DNA from: an uncultured delta proteobacterium
Lineage (GTDB): Bacteria > Myxococcota_A > Polyangia > Fen-1088
Direction: 5' to 3'
Assembly (NCBI GenBank): GCA_963796685.1
Contig: CAWCMR010000005.1
Span: forward strand, 320,001-384,000
DNA: 64,000 nt
A model generated the notes under the pieces. That model worked only from the letters and a program-made list of their open reading frames with translations, had not been told where the DNA came from and made no database searches. Within the stretch, counting starts at the first letter, position 1. Each line of letters opens with the position of its first letter. The position numbers and the translations under genes are program-made. Below, piece by piece: positions 42,212-51,642 of the stretch.

Positions 42212-44936
42212 TTCTCCTGCCAAGAGCTTCACGGAATTCTTTAGCGTGGCCACTCGCGGCTTCTCACCATACGATTGGCAGCGCCTGGTGGCGCTCGATG
42301 GTCTGCCGGAGGTTCTGCCAGTGCCGACCGGGCTCGGGAAGACCGAGATTGCCCTCGCATGGGCTTGGCGACGGCTTGTGGCCGCTCGGCCGGAACCGCT
42401 TCACCTCGTCTACTGCCTACCGATGCGCAGCCTTGTGACGCAGACGACGCAGCGCCTTCGGGGGTACTTCGACCTTATCCGAACCCATGACGCCAGGTTA
42501 GATGTGGGCGTTCATCAGCTCATGGGCGGTGCGATCGATGAGGAGTGGGCGCGATGGCCAGAGAAGCCTTGGATCCTTGTTGGCACGCAAGACCAGCTCC
42601 TGTCCCGGGCGCTCAACCGTGGGTACGCGATGAGCCGTTTCGAGTGGCCAGTACACTTCGGGCTACTCAACAACGATTGCCGTTGGGTCATCGACGAAGT
42701 CCAGCTCATGGGACCGGGGCTCTGGACGTCCTCCCAGCTCGACTGGATGCGAAGAAAGCGGTTTCCAGCGTTGAAGCCCTGCCTCACAACCTGGATGAGC
42801 GCTACCGTCGGCACCTCCTTTCTGAGCACCACCGACCGCGCGCGCGAGGGAATTGGCGAGGCGTCACCTGCGCAGGTCGAGTTCGAGGGAAAGCTGAAGG
42901 AGTCACTCGATGCCGATCAAGGTCTCTCGTGGTGGCGTGAGGCGAGGCGGCCAGTCGAATGGACGAAGGCCAACACGGCAGATCGTCTTTCGGACGAAGT
43001 GCTCAAAGCACATGAGGCGGGGACGCTTTCGCTCATCATCTGCAACACCGTGAACATGGCTCGCGACGTATTCCGCATTTTGTCGGTGGAGCACAAGGTT
43101 CTGCTCACGTCCCGCTTCCGCCGAGGAGACCGCGTTGTGCACGAGCAGCGGCTCCTCGACTTCGATGCGACCCGAAAGGCCGGCAAGCTGCCGAAAGACC
43201 ACCCAGGCCTCATCTGCGTGAGCACCCAGGTGATCGAGGCGGGCGTGGACATCTCGGCGCATCGGCTCTGGTCCGAGCTTGCGCCGTGGCCCTCGGTGCT
43301 TCAGCGCCTCGGTCGCCTCAATCGAAAAGGAGACGATCAAGGCGCTTGTGCATGGCTCTGGGAGACGCCGAAGGAGAAGGGGCACGGCACGACCGACCGG
43401 ATCGGTCCATACGAAAGCTCGGACATCGCGCGCGCGAAGAAACTCGTCGAAGGGATGTCGCCGCTCTCGCGGGAGAAGCCATTCCCCGAGGCGGTCGCTG
43501 AGCTGGAAACGCAGGCTGCGAAGGATGTGCGCGAAGCGCTGCAACCAAAGCTGAGCCCTCTTCCACGCGCGATCGACGTCCATGGGCTGTTCTCCACCGA
43601 GCGTGACGTTCACGGTGGTTTCACCGATGTGAGCGCCTTCGTGCGTGGGACTGACCCCGATCTCGACGTGACAGTCTTCTGGCGCGACTGGTCAGGTGAC
43701 AGCCCGCCGCGCGGTGATGACCTCGACGGACTTCTGATCGATCCAGCGAGCGAGGGTTGCCCCGTGTCCTTCCCGCGTGTTCGGACGATGCTGGAGAACG
43801 GCAAGAGCAAGGCTTGGCTGTGGAACGACGAGGCCGACCGCTGGGAGCGCGCGAACCACTGGGAGATACACCCCGGCATGCTCGTCATGCTGAAACGCGA
43901 CGTGGGCGGCTACGACGCGACCGAGGGGTGGACGGGAGACATGTCGAACGTTCTCCCCGACGTGCCGCGCGCGGGGCGTGGCACGACCTTGCGAGACGAT
44001 GCCTGGACGGAGATCGGCTACTGGTCGCGACTCCAGGACCATCTCAATGACGCCCGTCGCGAGGCAGAGGCATTGTGCAAGACGCTTGGGCTGAACGGTG
44101 ACTTGCGTACAGCGGTCATCCAAGCTTCGGGGCTTCACGACCTCGGCAAGGCGCATCCCCAGTGGCAGGCCGCGTTACCCGATCGCTCTGGTATTCCCGC
44201 CGCACTACTCGCCAAGAGTCCGCGCGTGCTAGCGGTCGATGTGGTGGGCGAAGCCGCCGCAGTTCGAAGCCAAGTCCTTCGGCTTCGGCCGGTGGCGCTG
44301 TCGCTGCCCGACGAAGCGCGGAAACGCGACCGCAAAGAGGTCGTCCGACTCCGGTGGGCCATCGACGACAAGCTGGCCGAGAAGGACCTGAGCTCGCTGC
44401 GAGAGATCTCCGTCGTTCTCTGGGCAGGGCATGTGCAATTCCGCCCCGGCCTGCGCCACGAGGCGGCCTCCGCGCTCGCGATGTGGCGGAAGTACCGCGA
44501 CGGCGGCGACACGTATCCTGCCCTTGCTGTCTACCTGGCAGCGACCCACCACGGAAAGGTGCGTACGGTGCTGCGATCGACCACTGGCGAGCCCAATGAT
44601 GTGTTTGGCGTCCGTACCGAGCCCAGCTCCCTGGTGCTTGGCTCGGAGCAGTGGCCGCTCGACTTCTCGATCACCAAGGACGGGGCCGAGGGCCGCTGGG
44701 AGGGCAACGAGTTCGTGCTGACGGGGCACGGCTGGACTGGCCTAGTCGCTGATCTGCTCGGCCCCTGGCGACCGGAAGAGGCGGGCGATGCCGGCGTCGT
44801 GCCGGAGACCGAGCCGCGCCATCTTGGGCCGTTCGCTTTGGCATATCTGGAGGCACTCGTCCGTATCGCCGACTGGCGAGCGAGTGCCAACCCGAGCGCG
44901 AGTATCAAACCAAGCGAGGTGCGTCGTGGCGGCTGA
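42201..44936 (+). CDS. cas3: Type I-G Cas3 (SF2 helicase with C-terminal HD nuclease)
   Basis: PTGLGKT, DEVQ, MSAT, STQVIEAGVD, QRLGRLNR; HD motifs DHL, HDLGK, RHE, HHG and ADWRAS at the C-terminus. Confidence 0.95.
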   Translation: MADSSPAKSFTEFFSVATRGFSPYDWQRLVALDGLPEVLPVPTGLGKTEIALAWAWRRLVAARPEPLHLVYCLPMRSLVTQTTQRLRGYFDLIRTHDARLDVGVHQLMGGAIDEEWARWPEKPWILVGTQDQLLSRALNRGYAMSRFEWPVHFGLLNNDCRWVIDEVQLMGPGLWTSSQLDWMRRKRFPALKPCLTTWMSATVGTSFLSTTDRAREGIGEASPAQVEFEGKLKESLDADQGLSWWREARRPVEWTKANTADRLSDEVLKAHEAGTLSLIICNTVNMARDVFRILSVEHKVLLTSRFRRGDRVVHEQRLLDFDATRKAGKLPKDHPGLICVSTQVIEAGVDISAHRLWSELAPWPSVLQRLGRLNRKGDDQGACAWLWETPKEKGHGTTDRIGPYESSDIARAKKLVEGMSPLSREKPFPEAVAELETQAAKDVREALQPKLSPLPRAIDVHGLFSTERDVHGGFTDVSAFVRGTDPDLDVTVFWRDWSGDSPPRGDDLDGLLIDPASEGCPVSFPRVRTMLENGKSKAWLWNDEADRWERANHWEIHPGMLVMLKRDVGGYDATEGWTGDMSNVLPDVPRAGRGTTLRDDAWTEIGYWSRLQDHLNDARREAEALCKTLGLNGDLRTAVIQASGLHDLGKAHPQWQAALPDRSGIPAALLAKSPRVLAVDVVGEAAAVRSQVLRLRPVALSLPDEARKRDRKEVVRLRWAIDDKLAEKDLSSLREISVVLWAGHVQFRPGLRHEAASALAMWRKYRDGGDTYPALAVYLAATHHGKVRTVLRSTTGEPNDVFGVRTEPSSLVLGSEQWPLDFSITKDGAEGRWEGNEFVLTGHGWTGLVADLLGPWRPEEAGDAGVVPETEPRHLGPFALAYLEALVRIADWRASANPSASIKPSEVRRGG

Positions 44937-47070
44937 GCTTCGTCTTCCGGTTCTGGCACTACCCGGCCTGTCTCCCGACAGCCTCGGTAACTACCTCGCG
45001 TCCCTCGGCCTCCTACGCGTTCTCAGCCGGAAGTGGCCAAGCACGCGCATCGCATGGCGCGACGAGGTGCTGCAGGTTGTGGGCGGGCCTGCGTCGCTGG
45101 ATGAGTTGCTCGACGAGCTCGTGCGAGTCGCAGGCGAACGTACGTGGACCGAGTACGACAAAGCGTGGTCTGATGCGCAGAAGAAGGGCACGAAGGCCAA
45201 GTCAGGAGAGCCGCTGGCGCTCTGGCAGGCGCAGGCGGACGAGAACCATCTTGGGTTGTTCGCGGCGCACGTAGTGCCGCACACCCGCGCCTTCAACCCG
45301 CTTCTCGGAACTGGTGGAAATGCCGGACGGCGGGACTTCGCGGCGGGATGGAGGCAAGCGGTCGATGCTCTCGCTACGGCCCGCACGAGCAAACCGAAGA
45401 AGTCCAAAGGACGCGGGAAGAGGGCTTCGGTCTCCGATGGCGATGCAGACAACGATCCCGACGACAGGCGGAAGGAGCTGGGAGCGTTCCTCCTCGGGCA
45501 ACCGGTCACCTGGCTGCTCGAGAAGCTCGGAGCTGGTTCCTGGTTCAGCGAGGCGACGAAGCTCTATAACAGCGGCCAGTCGCCGGCTCGCGAAGGGCAG
45601 ATCTCGCCTTGGGCGATGGCAATCGCATGCGAGGGCTTGGCGCTCCTCGCCGGTGGTCCCTCCCGCCGGCTCGGTTCTCGCTCACGTATCGCCGGAGCAT
45701 TCCCCTTCGTAACTCAGCCCGCCGCATCCGAGAAGGCGGGCGAGGTGGATCGTGTGCGTGCAGAGATCTGGGCGCCGTTGTGGCAGCGACCCATGACTAT
45801 CGCCGAGACGGCGACGCTACTCCTGCGTGGTCGAGCGGAGCTGCACGGAAGAGGCGCGCTGACATCAGCCGCCTTCGCGACAGCTATTCGAAAGAGGGGC
45901 GTAGACGCTGGCGTCAGCGAGTTTCGCCGCTTCACGCTCGGCAGGACGACGAGCGCCAACACATTTGAGCCGCGGTTCGAGGCCCGCTTCCCCCTCGATG
46001 CCAATATTGATGCGGCGGGCGCGGCGACTTCAATCGCACTCGAACGCATCACCGCGCTGATCGAACAGCGCGGGTTCCCAAGAGACGGTAAGCGATTTGC
46101 TGGCCTTCGTGGCCCTATCGAGGCCGCGCTACTCGACGTCGCAGCCGAGCTTCAGCGTTCAGAGGCGGCGATCGCGTTGCTCGACGCGATCACCGGGGCA
46201 CTGGACCGCATCGACCGCAATCGCAGCTTCCGCGCGGGCAAGGTCCGCTGGGAGCCGCTGCCCCTTGAGTGGCTACCTTCGCTGTTCGCCGACGAGCGGC
46301 CCGCGGTCGAAGCGCGGCTAGCTCTGTCGGTCGTGTCGGCCTTCCCGGCCGCACAGCCCTTCGCGACGTATCGCTTCGGTGTCGAGTGGGGCTTTGGCCG
46401 CTATGAGCACACGGAGCGACCGCCCGCCCGCTGGATTTGGGGCCCCGGCCCACTTGCCCGTGTCCTTGGGACGCTTCTGTCACGAAGGCTCCTTGACGAG
46501 GCGACCGCAGAGGGGGACAGCGTCTGGGCCCAGGGCCGCGCGCCTTTGCCTGCCACGACGGCACACGTCCATCTGTGGCTCACCAACGAGATCGACGAGT
46601 CGCTATTGGCATCGTGGCTCTCACGGCTCGCGCTCTTCGACTGGCGGAAGGTACCTCAACAGATGCGCTCGCTCCTCAGTGGTCAGGCCACGGCTCCGCG
46701 AGCCGATGGCCAGCTGGCATTGCTGGGGCTCATGCAGCCCCTCGTTGATCGGCGGGCCTTGGTCGTTCGAAGTCTGTCGCCGAGCGACCTCCTCTCCGAT
46801 GCCACAGGCGCACGCACGACAGCGGCCGCGCGATCCCTCGTCACGCTGATCCGCTCGGGAGACATCGACACCGCCGTGAGGCTCGCGAGCAGCCGCTACG
46901 CGATGGCCGGCGCGCGCCTCGCATCGTTCGGCGTCCCTTGGCGTGCTCGTGACACGGACCATCTCGGCGCGGCCTTTCTCTTCACCATTCCTGACCGCGA
47001 TCGGGCGGTCCTTTTCGAACGCTGGCTTCGTCCTCGACGCCGGCAGCAAGGAGACCAAGCACATGTCTGA
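44926..47070 (+). CDS. csx17: Type I-G large subunit Cas8g (Csx17/Cas8u2)
   Basis: GLSPDSLGNYLASLGLLRVL, NPLLGTGGNAGRRDF, SPW, FPF, EIWAPLW, RGVDAGV..F.RF. Confidence 0.88.
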   Translation: MAAELRLPVLALPGLSPDSLGNYLASLGLLRVLSRKWPSTRIAWRDEVLQVVGGPASLDELLDELVRVAGERTWTEYDKAWSDAQKKGTKAKSGEPLALWQAQADENHLGLFAAHVVPHTRAFNPLLGTGGNAGRRDFAAGWRQAVDALATARTSKPKKSKGRGKRASVSDGDADNDPDDRRKELGAFLLGQPVTWLLEKLGAGSWFSEATKLYNSGQSPAREGQISPWAMAIACEGLALLAGGPSRRLGSRSRIAGAFPFVTQPAASEKAGEVDRVRAEIWAPLWQRPMTIAETATLLLRGRAELHGRGALTSAAFATAIRKRGVDAGVSEFRRFTLGRTTSANTFEPRFEARFPLDANIDAAGAATSIALERITALIEQRGFPRDGKRFAGLRGPIEAALLDVAAELQRSEAAIALLDAITGALDRIDRNRSFRAGKVRWEPLPLEWLPSLFADERPAVEARLALSVVSAFPAAQPFATYRFGVEWGFGRYEHTERPPARWIWGPGPLARVLGTLLSRRLLDEATAEGDSVWAQGRAPLPATTAHVHLWLTNEIDESLLASWLSRLALFDWRKVPQQMRSLLSGQATAPRADGQLALLGLMQPLVDRRALVVRSLSPSDLLSDATGARTTAAARSLVTLIRSGDIDTAVRLASSRYAMAGARLASFGVPWRARDTDHLGAAFLFTIPDRDRAVLFERWLRPRRRQQGDQAHV

Positions 47071-48241
47071 AACAGAGAATACTAAGCTGACCCCAAGCGA
47101 GGTTCTGAAGAGCGAGTCGCCACTCATCCTAACGGCAACTCTCGAGCCGATTGTTGGCGACCGGTTCCAACCTGCCGGATTCCCCGAGATCGGCCATGTC
47201 ATCTACAAGGCACCTCGTAAGGAAGGCACTACCGAGAACGTCTGCATCGTCGATAGCGCCGCCAGCATGGCCAACCATCTCGAGTCGGTCTGCCAGCGCG
47301 GCCCGCACGACCTCGATCTCGTCGAGGACCTCGACGGCATGCCCCACATCCGATGCGTCACGGGCGACCCGAAGGATAAGAAGCTGCCGACCGAAAGCCG
47401 CGAGGTTGTCGTCACAAGTCTCACGGAGGGCCACCGCATCGCATCCTCCTATTTCGTCGATGGGATTGTTCTGAACCAAGACGGAAAGAGGGAGGTGAGG
47501 AAGAGCAAAGAAGGCAAGGATGAGCCTCTGACACTAGAGCGTGACCTCATCGACAAACTCGGCATCGTCCTGCCCGGAAGCTCAAGAGCGCACCCCACGG
47601 CTGACAAGTGGTGGGCTGTCTTCAAGACCATCTTCGAACTCGACCCGAACTCACTCGTCCACGGCGTGCTCTTTCCGCAGTGGCAGATCAAGATCCCCCG
47701 CGCACTCACAGCGCATCTCGAGGCTTTCGGCGCCGGCCGTGTCGATCGCTCCGGCGTCAAGTTCGACAGGTTGGGAAAGACGACCTCCGGCCAGCCGATC
47801 TTCGCGATCGACGATGCCATCGCAGAGTCGATTCGTGCAACCTTCGTCCTGGACGTCAGCCTGATCCGCTCATTTGGGCGAACGAAGAAGGAAGGCGACA
47901 CGGAAACGCAGCTCGGCCTATCGAAGCCGCAGCAGGAGTTCCTCGTCGCGCTCGCCCTGTGGAAGATCCAGAAGCTCGTCGAGTCCCCGTTCCGTTTCAG
48001 GTCCGGCTGCCACTTGCGTTGCACGAGCCTCACGAGCGGCAAGCGAGAGGTCTCGATCCACCCCGACATCAAACACGCGATCAAAGCTGCTGCTTTTCGA
48101 AGCCAGGAACCCGGTGACGGTGCTCCAAAGCTCCCGATCATCACCGACGTGTTCTGGCCTCGTGACGAGCTGTATCGGGAAGGCCAGGCCGAGAGCGCCA
48201 ATACCCCAAAGAGTGACGACGATACGCCGGAAGAGGCGTGA
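47063..48241 (+). CDS. csb1: Type I-G Cas7 (Csb1)
   Basis: RFQPAGFPEIG, DSAASMANHLE, DPNSLVHGV, SGVKFD, RFRSGC. Confidence 0.88.
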   Translation: MSETENTKLTPSEVLKSESPLILTATLEPIVGDRFQPAGFPEIGHVIYKAPRKEGTTENVCIVDSAASMANHLESVCQRGPHDLDLVEDLDGMPHIRCVTGDPKDKKLPTESREVVVTSLTEGHRIASSYFVDGIVLNQDGKREVRKSKEGKDEPLTLERDLIDKLGIVLPGSSRAHPTADKWWAVFKTIFELDPNSLVHGVLFPQWQIKIPRALTAHLEAFGAGRVDRSGVKFDRLGKTTSGQPIFAIDDAIAESIRATFVLDVSLIRSFGRTKKEGDTETQLGLSKPQQEFLVALALWKIQKLVESPFRFRSGCHLRCTSLTSGKREVSIHPDIKHAIKAAAFRSQEPGDGAPKLPIITDVFWPRDELYREGQAESANTPKSDDDTPEEA

Positions 48242-50064
48242 TGCTGGTCGTTCTTCGCCAGGAATTTCCACTGGGGCGCTTTCACGCCACCCCGTGGCGT
48301 GTGAACCCATTCGACGACCCTCACGGCGAATGGCCTCCGAGCCCTTGGCGGTTGGTCCGTGCCGTCACCGCGCGCTGGTACCAGTGGACGCGCGAGGAGC
48401 AATCCGCCCCGGACATCGCCGAGCTTGAGCGCTTGCAGGCCGCGCTGTGCGCGAGCACGTATGCTTTTCAGCTTCCCACAGACGCGCGGAAAGGCAGCCC
48501 ACTCAGGCAGTACCATCCGACCGAGTTCAAGATGGATCCGCCGAACTGGAGGCACGTCGCCCGCTTTCAACGCGCCGTAGGGAGCACGGCGGGCAGCAAC
48601 GAAGCCGCGACCTCGAAGGACAAGAAGGCCAGGTCAAAGGCCGCTCGGAGCAAGCAAGCGACGCCGGAGGAGAAAGCCAACGAAGAGGCCAGGAAGAAGA
48701 TCAAGGACCTCAAGGGCGTGAAGCTCGTCGAGGAGAAGCACGATGGTCGTCTGGAATGGGAGGTAACGGTCAAAGACAAGGACGCAGACGAGAGCAAGAA
48801 GAGAGTCCAGGAGATCCTCGGTGTTCCGATGGGTTCTTGGCAGAGAGTGGCAGATGCCGGATCTCGCGGTTATGGGACGAGTCTTGTCCAGGACAACTAC
48901 TGGTGCGTCCCTCCAGAAGAGCCGGTATGGTGGTTCATCGAAGGTGACTCGTGGACGCCCCAACTCGTCACGGCGCTTGAGCAGTGCCTCTCACGCATGA
49001 CCTACTTCGGAAGGGCCGAGACGCTCACGCGCATTCGCTGCGCGGGTCCACAGGATCCAATCCCTGTACGCAACTGTCGGCTCATCGAAAGACGCGCATC
49101 TGCCGCCGTCCCGGTCCTGACGCCGCTCCAAGGCGCCACGCGGGCCGACATCGAGCGCATCACGGACGATCCGGAATCCGAGAAGCGTGCGGTGCCGCCG
49201 GGTGCGATTTTCCTCTACGCGGTTCGGCCGCCTCGCCCTGCTGCTCGTGAGCGCCGACGAACACCTACTCCTCGGCTCGACTGCCATCTGATGCAGTTTG
49301 CATTGGGCTGGAACGTCGCCCCCGATCCTCGCGCGATAGTACGGCTGACCTCGCGGTTTCGGGGGGCAATCCTTCGCGAGCTTCTGCACCTCAAGACGGG
49401 AGATTCATCGGCGACGTGGACGCGCGTCGGTCGCGAGGTGCGTGCGTCGATCACGGACATGGCCGGCAAGGACGCGGACAACGCCCCACTCAAGGGACAC
49501 CGCCACACGGAGTTCTTCGCTTGGTGCGAGGACGGGCACCCAACGCGTATCGTTGTTTGGAGGGGGGCACGCGTCTTCGATGCTGACGAGCAAGACGCCA
49601 TCCTGACAGCAGCGTCCCGCGACGTGTCCTGGGCAGCTGCAGGCTCAGACGCGTACGAGTGGAAGGTGCGCCTCATCCCTCTGGATCGAGATGTTCCTGC
49701 GCCGCCTGGATTCGATGCTCAGCCTTCGATCAGTTGGGAGTCGGTCACGCCCTACGTGCCCCTCCGGCACCATCTTCGTGGCGGCAAGGAGAGGACGGGC
49801 GAGTCGATCGCCGCTCAAATTCGCCGGGAGCTCATACAACGCGGCTTCGCGGACGGCGATCGAGTGGGGGTCCAATGCGAGGAATCCCCGATTTGGGTGT
49901 CGGTCCATGTTCCACGTCGAGAAGCAGACAAACGAGCATTCATCGGCGGTCGCCGTGGCCAGTCATCAGTCCGACTACATTTCCCGGCGCCCGTCGTTGG
50001 CCCCATCAGACTGGGCCACTCTAGTGCCTACGGGCTAGGCCTGTTTCGCCCAACGAAGCTGTGA
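48241..50064 (+). CDS. csb2: Type I-G Csb2 (Cas5/Cas6 fusion)
   Basis: GRFHATPW, EWPPSPWRL, YFGRAE, WESVTPY, GPIRLGHSSAYGLGLF (Cas6 G-loop). Confidence 0.9.
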   Translation: MLVVLRQEFPLGRFHATPWRVNPFDDPHGEWPPSPWRLVRAVTARWYQWTREEQSAPDIAELERLQAALCASTYAFQLPTDARKGSPLRQYHPTEFKMDPPNWRHVARFQRAVGSTAGSNEAATSKDKKARSKAARSKQATPEEKANEEARKKIKDLKGVKLVEEKHDGRLEWEVTVKDKDADESKKRVQEILGVPMGSWQRVADAGSRGYGTSLVQDNYWCVPPEEPVWWFIEGDSWTPQLVTALEQCLSRMTYFGRAETLTRIRCAGPQDPIPVRNCRLIERRASAAVPVLTPLQGATRADIERITDDPESEKRAVPPGAIFLYAVRPPRPAARERRRTPTPRLDCHLMQFALGWNVAPDPRAIVRLTSRFRGAILRELLHLKTGDSSATWTRVGREVRASITDMAGKDADNAPLKGHRHTEFFAWCEDGHPTRIVVWRGARVFDADEQDAILTAASRDVSWAAAGSDAYEWKVRLIPLDRDVPAPPGFDAQPSISWESVTPYVPLRHHLRGGKERTGESIAAQIRRELIQRGFADGDRVGVQCEESPIWVSVHVPRREADKRAFIGGRRGQSSVRLHFPAPVVGPIRLGHSSAYGLGLFRPTKL

Positions 50065-50395
50065 GTAGTCGGCACTGGCGACAAGATATTTCTGAGGTCC
50101 AGCCGCCGCAGCACGGCCACGACGCAATCGTCGGCGTACAAGCGAAGGGCCAACGCGCGCTCCTTACTTCCTTTGCTCCACCAGCTGGCTTGGATATCGC
50201 TTCTGCAATTCCGCGACTAGACTTTCGGCATTCGCCCAGTCGCTACAGATTAGGTCGTGATGGTCGTAGTAGTACGCCAGCGCCGCATGCACCTCGGCCA
50301 ACCCGAGGCGCGGATTGGCCTCCCCAATCTCGTCCGGGGTCACACCCCGGTGCTCGTAGTCGGAGGCGATCAGGCTGACCTTGATATCGGTCCGA

Positions 50396-50545
50396 TCAGA
50401 GGTGCGTCTTCGCTTTGAGGGACGCGAGCAGTGCGGGCATGGCGGCCCGATCCTTCTCTCGAGCCGAAGCTTTCTTGCTCGCGATCACTCGCCCGAGGGG
50501 AGGGAGCTTCACCGTGAAGTCGTCGATTGGGTAGTCGATCACCGA
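50396..50545 (-). pseudogene. C-terminal remnant of a nucleotidyltransferase-type toxin
   Basis: VKLPPLGRVIASKKASAREKDRAAMPAL resembles the I.SK.A..R.KD C-terminus of such NTases; the N-terminal catalytic part is absent. Confidence 0.5.
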
Positions 50546-50853
50546 CAGCGAGCGAGGCACCTCGACAGCCTTTCCATGGGAGTGAGGGTGAGGTTGTAGA
50601 GGGCGTGCTCGATGTCTCCAACGTCGAGCTGGCACCCCGACGAGAGCCGCTTCGCCACCCTGCGCCGATAGAGCCGGTCGGATTTCAACTTTTCGAGCCT
50701 GTATTCGGTTCCCCACCTCGCCCTCGCCCCTTGGCGAGCGATCTCGCTCCGCTTTTCGGAGGTCAGCGAGGCAGCGCGAGCCAAGGTCCTGGTTTTGGCT
50801 CAGCATCACCCGCCCTTCGAGCGGCGGCGAGCATATCGCCCACTTTCACCCAA
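50539..50853 (-). pseudogene. Disrupted small antitoxin-like gene (GG.ARA..LT.E.RSEIAR..A.ARW motif)
   Basis: RSKGG and LARAASLTSEKRSEIARQGARARW are separated in frame by 24 nt containing two stops; C-terminal NLTLTPMERL. Confidence 0.5.
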
Positions 50854-50939
50854 TCATCACGCGGCGACAGAACCGCGCGATGTCAGCGTGCGGGATCTGG
50901 ACGACCGTGGAATTGAGCCTTCGGGCATCGCCCTTCAGG

Positions 50940-51113
50940 GGCACCCCTTTTGCGGTGAGCCGGTCGACCATGCGGAAAACTGTAGCATTGCCACCCGCTG
51001 TCCCGCCATCAAAGCGCCAGCTCCCCCGCTCCGCCCCGACGAGCACGCGGAACGGGGCGAGGAATGCGTCCTGGTCCGTGCGCATCCGCCGAGGCTGGCC
51101 AGGGCGACTTCAC
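50940..51113 (-). pseudogene. Degenerate vapC fragment
   Basis: 51040-51098 matches 53214-53272 of the intact vapC at 54/59 nt; LTAKGVP versus LTAKGRP. Confidence 0.75.
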
Positions 51114-51180
51114 GACACGGATTCTCAACCTCCCGTCTCGGATGCTGAACGCACCCCGTTGCGGTATAGTCCTACCGTCG

Positions 51181-51642
51181 ATGAGCAAGCGTCCAACATT
51201 TCGCCGCGCGCCGGATGAGCTCAAACCCGGGGTCGTCGGAGCATGGCCGACGGACAGGCCGGATCCTGCCTCCGTGGCGACGCAGGTGCACTACCGAGCC
51301 AGCGGCGAGCACAAGGACTACCCGTCATCGACAGGAAGTTGGACGCTCGGCCCGGTCAGGGCCGACAAGGCCAAGTGCCAGCGGTTCGCCGAAGCGGACT
51401 GGCCACTCGTGCAGGACGCGCTTCGCCAGGCCATTTGCTGTCGTTGCGTAAGTCGCGACTTCCGCGGCAACTTCCCCTCTCGGGTCTGGGCCTTTGTCAA
51501 CGGTGTGTTGCACGAGGCGAGGTTGACCAACGAAGCAGCCGGCGAGTACCACGGCTTTCCCCTCCAGTATGAGGACCAGCAGCCCAAGGATCCGAATAGG
51601 ATCCTAAGGAACGCACCCCATGTCACGATCCCTGTCGATTAA
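51181..51642 (+). CDS. Uncharacterised 153-aa protein, candidate nuclease toxin
   Basis: Y...GEHK, FPSRVW, EARLTN...GEYHGFP; TATAGT -10-like box just upstream; overlaps the next gene. Confidence 0.65.
   Translation: MSKRPTFRRAPDELKPGVVGAWPTDRPDPASVATQVHYRASGEHKDYPSSTGSWTLGPVRADKAKCQRFAEADWPLVQDALRQAICCRCVSRDFRGNFPSRVWAFVNGVLHEARLTNEAAGEYHGFPLQYEDQQPKDPNRILRNAPHVTIPVD

Noticed and set aside
50065-50395. 105-aa ORF downstream of csb2
   Set aside because: No recognisable motif or RBS and atypical composition; probably non-coding or decayed.
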